Origin: an uncultured Sandaracinus sp.
Lineage (GTDB): Bacteria; Myxococcota_A; Polyangia; Polyangiales; Houyiibacteriaceae
NCBI GenBank assembly: GCA_964462035.1
Contig: CAYXAP010000021.1
Span: 42,688 to 106,687 of the forward strand
Direction of reading: 5' to 3'
Length of the DNA stretch: 64,000 nucleotides
Positions 19,969-29,241 of this stretch are shown piece after piece. The stretch's first letter is position 1. The number at the start of each line of letters is the position of its first letter. The translations under genes were made by a program, and so were the position numbers. A model generated the notes under the pieces. It saw only the letters and a list, made by a program, of their open reading frames with translations. It did no database searches and had not been told where the DNA came from.

Positions 19969-20580
19969 ATGGCGAGACCGGTGAACGCGGACGCTGCGGC
20001 GACGAAGCAGCGCATCCTCGAGAGCGCGACGCTCTTCTTCTCGGAGAAGGGCGCCAAGAGCTCCGTTCGGGACATCGCCAAAGGGGCCGGTGTCAGCCTG
20101 GCGATGGTCCACCACTACTTCGGCTCGAAGGACGACCTCTACGGCGCCTGCGTCGACGCGATGTACGAGGAGCTCGCCCAGCTTCGTGCCCATCTGGTGG
20201 AGGCGCTCGGTCGCTCGGGGGTCGACACGATCCTCGAGGACGCGGTTCGCGCCGCGTTTCGCTTCGCCCGCGAGCGGCGGACCACCATGCGCCTGATGAT
20301 GCGCCGGGTGGTCGCGCGCGGTGCGCTCGACACCGGCCGCGTCGACGACTTCCTCCTGCCCTTCCTCGAGCAGGCCTCGACCTTGGTCGCCGCCGCGACC
20401 GGTCGCGACCCGGCGTCGCTGCGCTTGCCGCTCCAGAGCCTCGTCTTCCTCAACGGCCGTTACGCGATCGCCGAGGAGAGCGAGCTGATGCTCGTGACCG
20501 GCACGGCGACCGCCGAAGCCGCCCTCCAAGCCGTCGAGGATCACCTCGTCGACCACGCTCACCAGATGCTCGGCATCTGA
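19969..20580 (+). CDS. TetR/AcrR family regulator
   Basis: RILESATLFF..SVRDIAKGAGVSLAMVHHYFGSKDDL HTH. Confidence 0.93.
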   Translation: MARPVNADAAATKQRILESATLFFSEKGAKSSVRDIAKGAGVSLAMVHHYFGSKDDLYGACVDAMYEELAQLRAHLVEALGRSGVDTILEDAVRAAFRFARERRTTMRLMMRRVVARGALDTGRVDDFLLPFLEQASTLVAAATGRDPASLRLPLQSLVFLNGRYAIAEESELMLVTGTATAEAALQAVEDHLVDHAHQMLGI

Positions 20581-20614
20581 GACCCGACCCAGAGAACGCC
20601 CACAGGAGCACGCC

Positions 20615-21547
20615 ATGTACGCCGTCCAGCCCAGCTTCACGCCCGAGATGGTCCTCTCGCCGCCCCGCGCCGAGGTGACCGAGGCCGACCGCCGCGAGGC
20701 CCGCGCCCTCCCGCTCACCACTCGCTTCGAGCTCGGCGAGCTCATCACGCCGGTGCAGCAGGCGTTCCTGGACGAGCACGGCTATCTGGTCTTCGCGCAG
20801 GTGCTCAGCCGGGCCGAGGTCGCCAAGACCCTCGCGGAGATCGACGCCATCCAGGAGCGCTGGCTCGCCGAGAAGCGCACCGAGGTGCACGGCATCCCGC
20901 TCTTCGTCGGCAAGGGCATCGACGGCGAGCCCTTCATCCAGCGCTTCGCGTTCAGCTCGCTCTTCAGCGAGCACCTCTACCAGCTGGTCCGCGACGAGCG
21001 CTTCGCGCCGGTCCGCAGCCTGGTCGGCAAGGAGACCCGAGTCGGCGACCACGAGAAGGACGGCCTCGTCTTCAACCGGAACCTCAACGTCCCCGGCAGC
21101 GCCTACAAGCGGCTGGGCTGGCACACCGACGGGCTCCGCGACCTCTTCATGAACCGCGAGATCCCCGGGCCGATGCTCAACGTCGGCCTGCACTTCGACC
21201 GGATCCGCCGTGAGGACGGGGGGCTCCGGATCATCCCCGGCAGCCACCGCCAGGGGTTCTGGGACATGCTCACCCGCAAGCCCTACTTCGTCTCCCACGA
21301 CGTCGACCCGGACGAGATCGCCGTCGAGACCGAGCCGGGCGACCTGACCGTCCACGACGGTCGCACCTGGCATCGGGTCGAGCGCAGCCCCCACGTCGGC
21401 CTCCGCAGCCTCCGACGGACCTGCTACGTGCCCTACCTCACGGACGCCTACAGCCCGAAGGACGAGCGCAGCAAGACGCCCTTCTACCACCACATCGCTC
21501 GCTGGGGCCGCGATCTGAAGTCCCGCCTCGACGGGGTCCGGAGCTGA
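20615..21547 (+). CDS. Phytanoyl-CoA dioxygenase (PhyH) family Fe(II)/2OG enzyme
   Basis: FLDEHGYLV, WHTD, GGLRIIPGSH, PGDLTVHDGRTWH. Confidence 0.88.
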   Translation: MYAVQPSFTPEMVLSPPRAEVTEADRREARALPLTTRFELGELITPVQQAFLDEHGYLVFAQVLSRAEVAKTLAEIDAIQERWLAEKRTEVHGIPLFVGKGIDGEPFIQRFAFSSLFSEHLYQLVRDERFAPVRSLVGKETRVGDHEKDGLVFNRNLNVPGSAYKRLGWHTDGLRDLFMNREIPGPMLNVGLHFDRIRREDGGLRIIPGSHRQGFWDMLTRKPYFVSHDVDPDEIAVETEPGDLTVHDGRTWHRVERSPHVGLRSLRRTCYVPYLTDAYSPKDERSKTPFYHHIARWGRDLKSRLDGVRS

Positions 21548-21627
21548 CGACCGGGGGGCCTCGCCGAAAGGCCGCCGCCACCTCCCGCCGGGCCGCTCCT
21601 ACTGGCGCGGCGAGTCATGACGACTTA

Positions 21628-21696
21628 GGGTGTGCCGCCCCAACGGGGCAGAAAACGCCGCCGGTCCACCGGCGGACACGAAACCACACCCAGGAG
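21628..21696 (+). promoter_or_regulatory. Structured 5' leader of infA (predicted three-way junction) abutting the Shine-Dalgarno
   Basis: GGGTGTG(21628-34)/CACACCC(21685-91) outer stem enclosing two hairpins; AGGAG at 21692-96. Confidence 0.4.
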
Positions 21697-21703
21697 AACC
21701 AGT

Positions 21704-22003
21704 TTGGCAAAACGACCCAGGAGAGGCGGAGGCGGCCGTCGCAAGAAAGGCGGACGTCGTCGGCGTTTCGACGAGCAAGACGACCAAGGACGTGACGATC
21801 ACATCAAGCTCAACGGCGTGGTCACCAACGTCTTCGCCGGCGGGCAGTTCGAGGTGGAGACCGAGGCGGGCAACACCGTTCGCGCTCAGCTCTGCGGCCG
21901 GATGCGCAAGTTCCGCATTCGCGTGATCCTCGGCGACCACGTCACCGTCGCCCTCTCGCCCTACGACCTCACCCACGGAATGATCGTCTTTCGAGCGAAG
22001 TGA
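21704..22003 (+). CDS. infA: Translation initiation factor IF-1 with basic N-terminal extension
   Basis: GRMRKFRIRVILGDHVTVALSPYDLTHGMIVFR; TTG start 7 nt after AGGAG. Confidence 0.9.
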   Translation: MAKRPRRGGGGRRKKGGRRRRFDEQDDQGRDDHIKLNGVVTNVFAGGQFEVETEAGNTVRAQLCGRMRKFRIRVILGDHVTVALSPYDLTHGMIVFRAK

Positions 22004-22017
22004 CGGCTCTTTTCCCA

Positions 22018-22040
22018 GGGGGATTTTGAGAGAATCCCCC
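22018..22040. terminator. Hairpin between convergent infA and tetR
   Basis: GGGGGATT/AATCCCCC stem; no clear U-tract, so function uncertain. Confidence 0.35.
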
Positions 22041-22149
22041 GACTCGTCGCGGTGAATCGCTCCTCGTCTCCCCGAAAACCTGAAGGTCTCGCGGCGTGGC
22101 CGCTCGGTGCGTCCTCGCGCTTCGCGCCACGTCCTCCAGGCGCGTCACT

Positions 22150-22761
22150 TCAGATCGAGACGCCCTCTTCCAAGACCCGGAAGGCCTCCTCACCGAGGCC
22201 GGCCAGGTCCGCCTTGCCCCCTCCGTCGAGCCACTCGCGGAGGGAAGCGCGGATCACGCCCATGACGGCGGCCCCGAGCACGCGCGCTCGGCGGGCCGCC
22301 GCGCGTGATCGTCCACCGTCGCGCAGGCGTTCGACCATCGCCTCTTCGAAGTCGCGGTCCATTCGCAGCTCGAGCCCGGCGAGCTCGGGGGTCGCCTGCA
22401 CGAGCGCGTCCTGCGCGACCAGGTAGCCCCGCTCCTCCTGGTACTCGACCGCCAGCGAGAGCACCGCGTGCCGTAGCGCCTCGTAGGGGCGGAGGCTCGG
22501 GTCGTCGTGGAGCAGCTCCTTGAAGCGCGCGAGTCGGTTCTCCCGTTCCGGGAAGACCAGCGAGTGCTTGGTCGGGAAGTAGCGGAAGGCCGTTCGGCGC
22601 GAGACGCCGGCGGCGTCGGCGATCTCGTCGACCGTGGTCTCGTGGTAGCCGCGCTCGGCGAAGAGGGCGAAGGCCGCATCCAGCAGGGCCTCCCGGGTGG
22701 CGCGCTTGCGCCGCTCCCGTCGGCCCAGCGGAGCCTCGGTCGCGTCGGTCTCGGTGTTCAC
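22150..22761 (-). CDS. TetR family regulator
   Basis: RRERRKRATREALLDAA..TTVDEIADAAGVSRRTAFRYFPTK. Confidence 0.93.
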   Translation of the reverse strand: MNTETDATEAPLGRRERRKRATREALLDAAFALFAERGYHETTVDEIADAAGVSRRTAFRYFPTKHSLVFPERENRLARFKELLHDDPSLRPYEALRHAVLSLAVEYQEERGYLVAQDALVQATPELAGLELRMDRDFEEAMVERLRDGGRSRAAARRARVLGAAVMGVIRASLREWLDGGGKADLAGLGEEAFRVLEEGVSI

Positions 22762-22830
22762 GTTCGGAGCATCCGAGAAGCAGGGCGGGGCGTCAACCGG
22801 ACTGTCACCCAGTGCCTGTCTGTAGCTTCG

Positions 22831-23778
22831 TCAGTACTTCGAATCCGTCGTCCACTTCGACGGCGCGTTCTTCGGTCCGCGGCGCTCTGCGTGGATCCCC
22901 GAGGTCATGAGCAGGCGGATCACACGAAAGCGCTGGCCCTTCCAGGGCTTCAGCAGCTCGAGCATCCGGCGATCGTCGGCGCGCGGCTCGCCGGCGAAGA
23001 ACGTGCTGACGACGTTCGGGAGGTGGAAGTCGCCGACCGGTACCGCGTCCGGGTCCCCGAGGCCGAAGCCGGCGATCATCCCCACGGACCAGCCGCCGAT
23101 CCCCGGCAGCGCGAAGAGGGCGGCTTTCGCCTCTTCGGGAGGCAGTTGGTCGATGTCGTCGATGGCCGCCGCGCGCTTCGCCAGGAGGCGCAGCGTCTTC
23201 GCGCGGCTGCGCTCGATGCCCGCGGGGTGCAGGTCGTAGTAGGGCGCGTTCGCCAGCTTTCGTGGGTCCGCCGGGAGTCGCAGACCGGGCAAGGGTGCCG
23301 GCTCGCCGTACTCGCGGGTCAGCACCCGCTGGGCGCGGGTCGCCTCGATCCAGGTCACCCGTTGCTGCAGCACCGTGCGGACGAGCATGTCGAAGAGCGA
23401 GAGGCAGCGGCCGAGTCGCGCGCTCTCCTGCTCGCGCATCATCCGCGTCAGCTGGCGAGCGATCCGCGGCTCGACCGCGCCACCCGCGCTCGGGTCGAAG
23501 GTGCTCGGGTCGTCGTCCAGGCCGAGGAGCCACTCGCCCCGTTCGGCGGCGTAGTCCGCCGCCGGTCCCCACGCCGAGAGCTTCACGCGGTGGGGGTCCA
23601 TGGCCTCGAGCCGGACCGCGACGGCGCCGGCTCGCGTGCGCGTGGCGATCGTCAGCGCGCCGGGCTCGACGCGCATCGACTCGTCCTTCCGACCGAGCCG
23701 TTGCAGTCGAAGTGTGCGGACGGGGTCGGTCGGGCGCTCGCATTCGATCACCCGCTCCGCATCCGGCGTGCGGGTCAT
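22831..23778 (-). CDS. AlkA-like HhH-GPD DNA glycosylase
   Basis: RTVLQQRV, LFALPGIGGWS (HhH), GDPDAVPVGD; ATG overlaps upstream stop. Confidence 0.88.
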   Translation of the reverse strand: MTRTPDAERVIECERPTDPVRTLRLQRLGRKDESMRVEPGALTIATRTRAGAVAVRLEAMDPHRVKLSAWGPAADYAAERGEWLLGLDDDPSTFDPSAGGAVEPRIARQLTRMMREQESARLGRCLSLFDMLVRTVLQQRVTWIEATRAQRVLTREYGEPAPLPGLRLPADPRKLANAPYYDLHPAGIERSRAKTLRLLAKRAAAIDDIDQLPPEEAKAALFALPGIGGWSVGMIAGFGLGDPDAVPVGDFHLPNVVSTFFAGEPRADDRRMLELLKPWKGQRFRVIRLLMTSGIHAERRGPKNAPSKWTTDSKY

Positions 23779-24842
23779 TCCTCGGCGGCAGGTTCGGGGA
23801 CGTCGACGAGCGAGAGATGCGCCGGAGCCATGGCGCCGCAGACCGCGTGCACCTCGACGCCCCGCGTCTCTCTCGGGCGCGTCAACGTCAGCGCGGTGAT
23901 TCCGTCGTCCATCAGCAGCGGGGTCGGGGCGCGGGCGCCTTCGACGGTCGAGAGGATGCCGATCTCGAGCTCGTGCCGATCCCACGAGGTGAGGTCGTCG
24001 GTCGCAGCCAGGGTGATGATGCGGAGGTCTTCGGCGCCGACGGCTTCGAAGTAGACCCGCAGCACCGAGCGTCCGGTCGGTGTCGTCGCGACCACCGCTC
24101 CGGGCCGCGCGAGCGCCGTCTCGCCCGCGAGCTCCAAGGCGAGCGCGCGGGTGTCCTCGGCAAAGGCGCGTCCGTCGCTCGAACGCGCGAGGCCGATCGT
24201 CCCGGTGTCGGTCGCCTCGAAGAGCAGCACGAGCTGGCCGTCGAAGCGGACGACCGTCGGCGAGCGTGCGTCGGTGACGATCGGCCCGGCGACCTTGGTG
24301 AAGGCGCCGCCGACGCTGCTCGCCTCGGCCACGCCGATGCCGCCCTCGGCGGCGTAGTAGAGGCGCGCGGTCCCGTCGTCGTCGACGTGGACCCACGGGT
24401 CGAAGACCGACTCGCCCTCCCACGCTTCGCTGGCCTCGAGGACCATGGGCCCACCGTTGAAGCTCAGCGCACCCTCGAAGACGTCGGTGCCGTCGACGGG
24501 TCGGGCCTCACTGCGGAAGATCCGGCTGGGCCCCAGCTGCGCGAAGTCGAGCTCGCCCTCGGCCAGGTCGGGGTTCCGGTCGGGCGGCTCGTCGACCTGG
24601 TCCGCACCGTCGTAGAAGAGCATCTCGTCGGCGACCATCGACCGCTGCACCGCCTGCCGGTTGAAGTAGATGCGGCCGTTCGGCGCCGCCAGACCACCGG
24701 TCTCCTCGGCGGTCAGCAGCCGGAAGGGACCGGCGCCACTGGACTGGATGATGTCTGGGAAGTCGGTCTCCGCGCCGAGCGTCGCGCAGGCGACGAAGGC
24801 GAGCGTCATGGCCGCGAGGCCGAGGCTGCGTTGCCGCATCAT
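23775..24842 (-). CDS. Lipoprotein, glycoside-hydrolase-like (GH43/32/130-type) beta-propeller
   Basis: AFVAC lipobox; WE..SVFDPWV, RLYYA, IGVAEA, SPTVV, IGLARSSDG blade motifs. Confidence 0.6.
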   Translation of the reverse strand: MMRQRSLGLAAMTLAFVACATLGAETDFPDIIQSSGAGPFRLLTAEETGGLAAPNGRIYFNRQAVQRSMVADEMLFYDGADQVDEPPDRNPDLAEGELDFAQLGPSRIFRSEARPVDGTDVFEGALSFNGGPMVLEASEAWEGESVFDPWVHVDDDGTARLYYAAEGGIGVAEASSVGGAFTKVAGPIVTDARSPTVVRFDGQLVLLFEATDTGTIGLARSSDGRAFAEDTRALALELAGETALARPGAVVATTPTGRSVLRVYFEAVGAEDLRIITLAATDDLTSWDRHELEIGILSTVEGARAPTPLLMDDGITALTLTRPRETRGVEVHAVCGAMAPAHLSLVDVPEPAAEE

Positions 24843-26185
24843 TCGAACGCGACCTCCAGCGTGGCGCCCACGCCGAAGAGGTGGCCGCTCGAGCGGTAGT
24901 CGCCGACCGCGTCGACGAGCGACTCCTTGATGTGCTCGCGCTCGGGTAGGTAGCTGTAGAGCGCGTGCACGTCGATGTTGAGTGACCCGGGCAGGGTCGG
25001 CTCGAGATCGGTGAGCTGCAGCCCGATGCCAGCGCTGATCGTGTGCTTGTCGTTGTCGACGAAGTTCAGCGTCCCGGTCTGGGCGGGGAAGGGCGAGTTC
25101 TCGTAGACGTACCCGAGCCGGGTCCGCAGCGTGTAGGCCTCGGTCTGGGCCGCGGTGATCTCGATGCCGACGCGCGGCACGAAGGTGTCGTGCAGGTTCA
25201 GCGGGAGGGGCGGGAGCGAGGTGATCTCGTCCGGGATGTTGATGCCGAGACCTGGGGGCGGGTCGGCCGAGAGCAGGATCTCCTGATCGGCGATCAGGCT
25301 CGGGTGCTTCGAGTAGTCGTACCAGGTGAGCTCGAAGGCGAGGTGCAACCACGACGTCGGGTCGAAGACGGCGCCGACCGAGACCTGCTGCGGCCCGAAC
25401 ATGCTGGTGGTGTCCGCGATGAGCGAGAACTGGAGGGGGATCGGGTCGGCGCCGATGCCGATGATGTTCGCGTCGGCGAGCGCGACGATGCGGTTTCGCA
25501 GCTCGAACTCGCCGCGGTAGGCGATGCCGAACGAGAACTTCTCGTGCGGGTGGATCTGGATGCCGGCCTGCGGGTAGCGGATCGACGTCAGGTCGCCGGC
25601 GAACTGATGCTCCAGCCGCGACATCGACTCGGGGTTCGTGGCGTGGGCGTCGCCACGCAGATCCAGGGTCAGGTCGGAGGGCGACTGGAAGGTGATGCCG
25701 GCGCCGATGGTCAGCCAGGGCGCGGGGCTGACCGCGATGTTGGTCGCCAGGTAGATGCGGCCGGGGCGGGTGTCGTACATCTCCCAGCGCGGCCGGGTCA
25801 CCACCGCCGAGCGCGTTCGTGCGAGCCGCTGGTCGGGCAGGTGGAGCGCGAGGCCGAAGGCGAGGCGCGCGTTGCCGAAGGTCGCTGGCGCGACCAGGCC
25901 GACCAGCATCGCGCCGTGCCGCTCCACCGACGATCGCTCGTCGTTGATGTTCAGGTAGGGGCTGACGCTGAGGTAACCGACGGTGAGGCGGAGCTCGCCG
26001 CTGCGGACCAGGCCGGCCGGGTTGTAGTAGTTGGCGCTCGAGTCCTCGACGTCGGCCGTGACCGCACCGCCGAGGCTGATCGAACGGGAGAAGAGGCCGT
26101 GCGTATCGGGCGGCGTCGCCTCGGCGCGGCTCGCAGCGAAGACGACGACGAGCGCGAGGAGCGCGGCAGCGAAGCGGTTCACCAT
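24839..26185 (-). CDS. FadL/OmpP1/TodX family outer membrane transporter
   Basis: Signal peptide, SRSISLGGAVTA, YYNPAGL, RLGYVYE, terminal aromatic beta-strand. Confidence 0.85.
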   Translation of the reverse strand: MVNRFAAALLALVVVFAASRAEATPPDTHGLFSRSISLGGAVTADVEDSSANYYNPAGLVRSGELRLTVGYLSVSPYLNINDERSSVERHGAMLVGLVAPATFGNARLAFGLALHLPDQRLARTRSAVVTRPRWEMYDTRPGRIYLATNIAVSPAPWLTIGAGITFQSPSDLTLDLRGDAHATNPESMSRLEHQFAGDLTSIRYPQAGIQIHPHEKFSFGIAYRGEFELRNRIVALADANIIGIGADPIPLQFSLIADTTSMFGPQQVSVGAVFDPTSWLHLAFELTWYDYSKHPSLIADQEILLSADPPPGLGINIPDEITSLPPLPLNLHDTFVPRVGIEITAAQTEAYTLRTRLGYVYENSPFPAQTGTLNFVDNDKHTISAGIGLQLTDLEPTLPGSLNIDVHALYSYLPEREHIKESLVDAVGDYRSSGHLFGVGATLEVAFE

Positions 26186-27477
26186 TCGATCGCTCCCGTC
26201 CAACCACCGGCGACGATCCAGCCGCTGGTGACCATGTTCGAGGCGCCGCCGTCGACCGCGGGGATGTCGTGGGTCCGTTCGACCACGCGGTGCAGCTGGC
26301 CGAAGGCGTCGAGCCGGATGACCGCCGGGCTGTCCGGCACGTGATAGGCCATGCCGAAGCCGCCGGTCAGGACGTGGCGGTCGGAGTCGAGCAGGCGACG
26401 CGGGAGCATCACTCCGTCGCGCGGCTCACCCTGCGAGTCGCGACCGGGCACGATCGCCGCGGGCGGCGAGGGGGTCATCTCGTAGGCGTAGCCGAAGCGG
26501 AGCGCGCCCTCGGTGTTGCGGCGGCGCCCCACGTACTCGAGCGCGAGCCGCGGCGAGATCGTGTCGCGGAGGTCCGGGGCCACCGGGAAGAAGGAGCTCT
26601 CGGTCGACTTGCCCACCAGACCGGGCCACGCGGACCAGCGGCGGTAGGTGACGTGGAGCGCCGCCATGAGGTTCGGCGTCGCCTGCCACGCGACCTCGGC
26701 GGCGAGGGTGTGCGGGTCGTACTGCGGGGTGGCGGTGATGTTGATCCGTGGCAGCTCGACCGGGAGCCCCTCGACGATGATGTCGAGGTCGATGTCCGAG
26801 CGGACCTCTTCGCGATAGACGAGACCGAGCTTCCAGTCGCCGGTGTCGTAGGTCATGCCGACGATCGGGTTGTAGCTGACCAGCAGCTGCGTCTCGGTGA
26901 GCGAGTTGAAGGAGTTGGCTTCATCGAGGGTGACGATCAGCCGACCGGTGATGGTCGCGAGCGCCGACACGCCGATGCCGAGCTTGAGCCCCGGCACCAG
27001 TCGGCCGAGATCGATGCCGAGACCGATCGCCAGGTTCACCGACTGCGTTCGCGCCAAGAGCGCCCACTGGGGTGTCTCCGCGAAGATGATGTCGGTCCGC
27101 AGCACCGTGTTCGCGGGCGTGTAGAAGCCCGCGCCCAGCGTGAAGACGTCCTCGAGCACGCCGCCGAAGGGCAGCGGCAGGTGGAAGCCGATGGTGCTGC
27201 CGCGGTAGGCCTCGAGGTCGAAGTCGTCGCCGTCGAGCGTGAGCTCGAACGACGCGGCCTGCAGACCCAGGCTGATGCCGCTGCGTTCGGCACGCGCCAA
27301 GCCCGCGGGGTTGGCGAAGACCGCCTCGTAGTCGTTGGAGAACGACACGCCGGTCATCCCCAGGGCCTGATGGCGAGCGCCATAGCCGAAGACGTCGGGA
27401 GGCGTGGCCTCCACGGCGGAAGGCGCGAACACGACGGCGACACCCAGCACCGTCAGGTGAACGAAGAAAGCACGCAT
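26179..27477 (-). CDS. FadL/OmpP1/TodX family outer membrane transporter (paralog)
   Basis: Signal peptide, GARHQALG, FANPAGL, RFGYAYE, terminal W. Confidence 0.85.
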   Translation of the reverse strand: MRAFFVHLTVLGVAVVFAPSAVEATPPDVFGYGARHQALGMTGVSFSNDYEAVFANPAGLARAERSGISLGLQAASFELTLDGDDFDLEAYRGSTIGFHLPLPFGGVLEDVFTLGAGFYTPANTVLRTDIIFAETPQWALLARTQSVNLAIGLGIDLGRLVPGLKLGIGVSALATITGRLIVTLDEANSFNSLTETQLLVSYNPIVGMTYDTGDWKLGLVYREEVRSDIDLDIIVEGLPVELPRINITATPQYDPHTLAAEVAWQATPNLMAALHVTYRRWSAWPGLVGKSTESSFFPVAPDLRDTISPRLALEYVGRRRNTEGALRFGYAYEMTPSPPAAIVPGRDSQGEPRDGVMLPRRLLDSDRHVLTGGFGMAYHVPDSPAVIRLDAFGQLHRVVERTHDIPAVDGGASNMVTSGWIVAGGWTGAIEW

Positions 27478-27579
27478 GGCGAGCGCCGGGACGGTACCAC
27501 AAGCGGGGGGAAGTGAAGCGCGTTCTCGTTTCGGATTCGTTTCGCCGGCGCGCGGCGCGCCGAGTGCTAGCGTCCGCCG

Positions 27580-28458
27580 ATGGACTCTGGAGAGTTTCGA
27601 GTGCTCGACGCGGTCGCCGACGCGACCCTCGCCCGCACCGAGGTCGTGCGGCGATCCGGCGAGCCGCACTCGGTGCTCAAGGCGCTCGGGAAGGCGCACC
27701 CGGATTGGTTCGCGCAGAGCTCGGACCGCTTCCAGCTCTCGCCCGCTGGGCTCGAGGCGCTCGCCGCCGCTCGCCGCGCCCGCGCCCTCGGATCCGAGCG
27801 CACCAACGACGAGCTCGCCGAAGCCGTCCGCGCCCTCGGTGCCAGCCGCACCATTCGCCGCGACCTCGACCAGGTCTACGCGACGCCCGAGAGCGTGGTC
27901 CGACGCGCCCGCTTCCTCGTCGCCGAGGGCTGCGCGGAGGGCTCGCTCCTCTTCCTCGGCGACGACGATCTGACCTCGGTCGCCACGCGCGCGCTCGCCC
28001 CGGCGATGGCCCTCTCGGTGCTCGAGGTCGACCCCGAGCTGGTCGCACTCCTGAAGGGCGCCGAGGTCGACGTCCGCGAGCACGACCTCCGCGAGCCCGT
28101 CCCGAACGAGCTCACGAAGCGCGACGCGGTCTTCATGGACCCGCCCTACGCCATCGAGGGCTTCGCCCTCTTCGTCGCGCGCGCCATCGAGGCGCTCCGC
28201 GAAGGAGGCACGCTCTACCTCGCGTTCGGGGCGAGCCGGCGGGCGCCCGACCGGACCCTCGCCAAGCAGCGCCTACTGGCGGAGTGCGGCCTCGTGGTCT
28301 GCGAGGTGCGCCGCGACTTCACCGAGTACGACGGCGCCGAGTCGATCGGCTCGCGCTCCGACCTGTGGGTCCTGCGCACCGCACCCCAGACCAAGGCACC
28401 GAGCATCGGCCCCGGCGGTGAGCTCTACACCCGCCGCAAGCCCAAGCGCCGCAGCTGA
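27580..28458 (+). CDS. BpsA-like (DUF43) branched-chain polyamine synthase family
   Basis: DLDQVYATPES, LFLGDDDLTSVA, HDLREP, FMDPPY. Confidence 0.8.
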   Translation: MDSGEFRVLDAVADATLARTEVVRRSGEPHSVLKALGKAHPDWFAQSSDRFQLSPAGLEALAAARRARALGSERTNDELAEAVRALGASRTIRRDLDQVYATPESVVRRARFLVAEGCAEGSLLFLGDDDLTSVATRALAPAMALSVLEVDPELVALLKGAEVDVREHDLREPVPNELTKRDAVFMDPPYAIEGFALFVARAIEALREGGTLYLAFGASRRAPDRTLAKQRLLAECGLVVCEVRRDFTEYDGAESIGSRSDLWVLRTAPQTKAPSIGPGGELYTRRKPKRRS

Positions 28459-29091
28459 TCAGCTGGCGACGGCGGCGGGGGCGATGTCGTTGGCCGCGAG
28501 CGCCTCCGCGAGCCTGCCCAGGGTCTCGATGACCACCTCGCGCGCTTCGTGGGGATCGTCGATGCCGACGATGACGCCCCGCTCGTGCTCGGAGAGGGCG
28601 GCGTAGCGCTGCGCGGCCCAGACCAGACCCTGGATGATCACGCGCTTCTCGGTGTTGGACCAGCGGCTCATCCACGGTGAGCTCGAGATGAGCGTCAGGA
28701 AGCGGTCGACCTCGGCGAGACGCTCTTCCGGTAGGCCCCAGGCTTCGACCCAGGCCGCGAGGCGCAGGCGGACGTCGTCCTCGTTGCGGAAGAGGTGACG
28801 CATCATCCGCCGGGACATGTGACCGGGGTTCGGGCCGCGGAGCCGAAGCCAGGGCCTCAGGATGTCCGCGATGCCGACGTGGAAACGCTCGAGCGCCGCT
28901 TCGAGCAGCGCCGCCTTCGAGGTGAAGTAGTAGGAGACCGTGCCGCTGCTCAGCCCCGCTCGTTTCGCAATGGTGCGATAGGAGAGGTTCGCGTCGCCCG
29001 TGCCCGCTCGCATGGAGCGGACGGCATCGAGGATGCGGTCGACCGGGTGCTTGTCGTCAGGAGCCGGATGGGATGAAAGGGTGCGGGCCAT
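28459..29091 (-). CDS. TetR family regulator
   Basis: RILDAV..SYRTIAKRAGLSSGTVSYYFTSKAALL; start 29091 or 29139. Confidence 0.85.
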   Translation of the reverse strand: MARTLSSHPAPDDKHPVDRILDAVRSMRAGTGDANLSYRTIAKRAGLSSGTVSYYFTSKAALLEAALERFHVGIADILRPWLRLRGPNPGHMSRRMMRHLFRNEDDVRLRLAAWVEAWGLPEERLAEVDRFLTLISSSPWMSRWSNTEKRVIIQGLVWAAQRYAALSEHERGVIVGIDDPHEAREVVIETLGRLAEALAANDIAPAAVAS

Positions 29092-29241
29092 GTCGCACCT
29101 TTCTGCACATAGCTTGCCAGCCCGATCCGCGAACACCATTCCACGAAACTACGAGGCTTTTCGGAATCGTCCGCGCCGGACGACCCCTGACGGGCGGGGT
29201 TCGTCGTCCCCAGCGCCTGCTGGAGTGGTCACTGAAAGATT

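Noticed and set aside
22831-28083. Long N-terminal extensions or apparent fusions in the ORF track (530, 810, 634 aa)
   Set aside because: Extensions are alternate-frame or antisense read-through of neighbouring genes; internal ATGs with signal peptides or stop overlaps fit better
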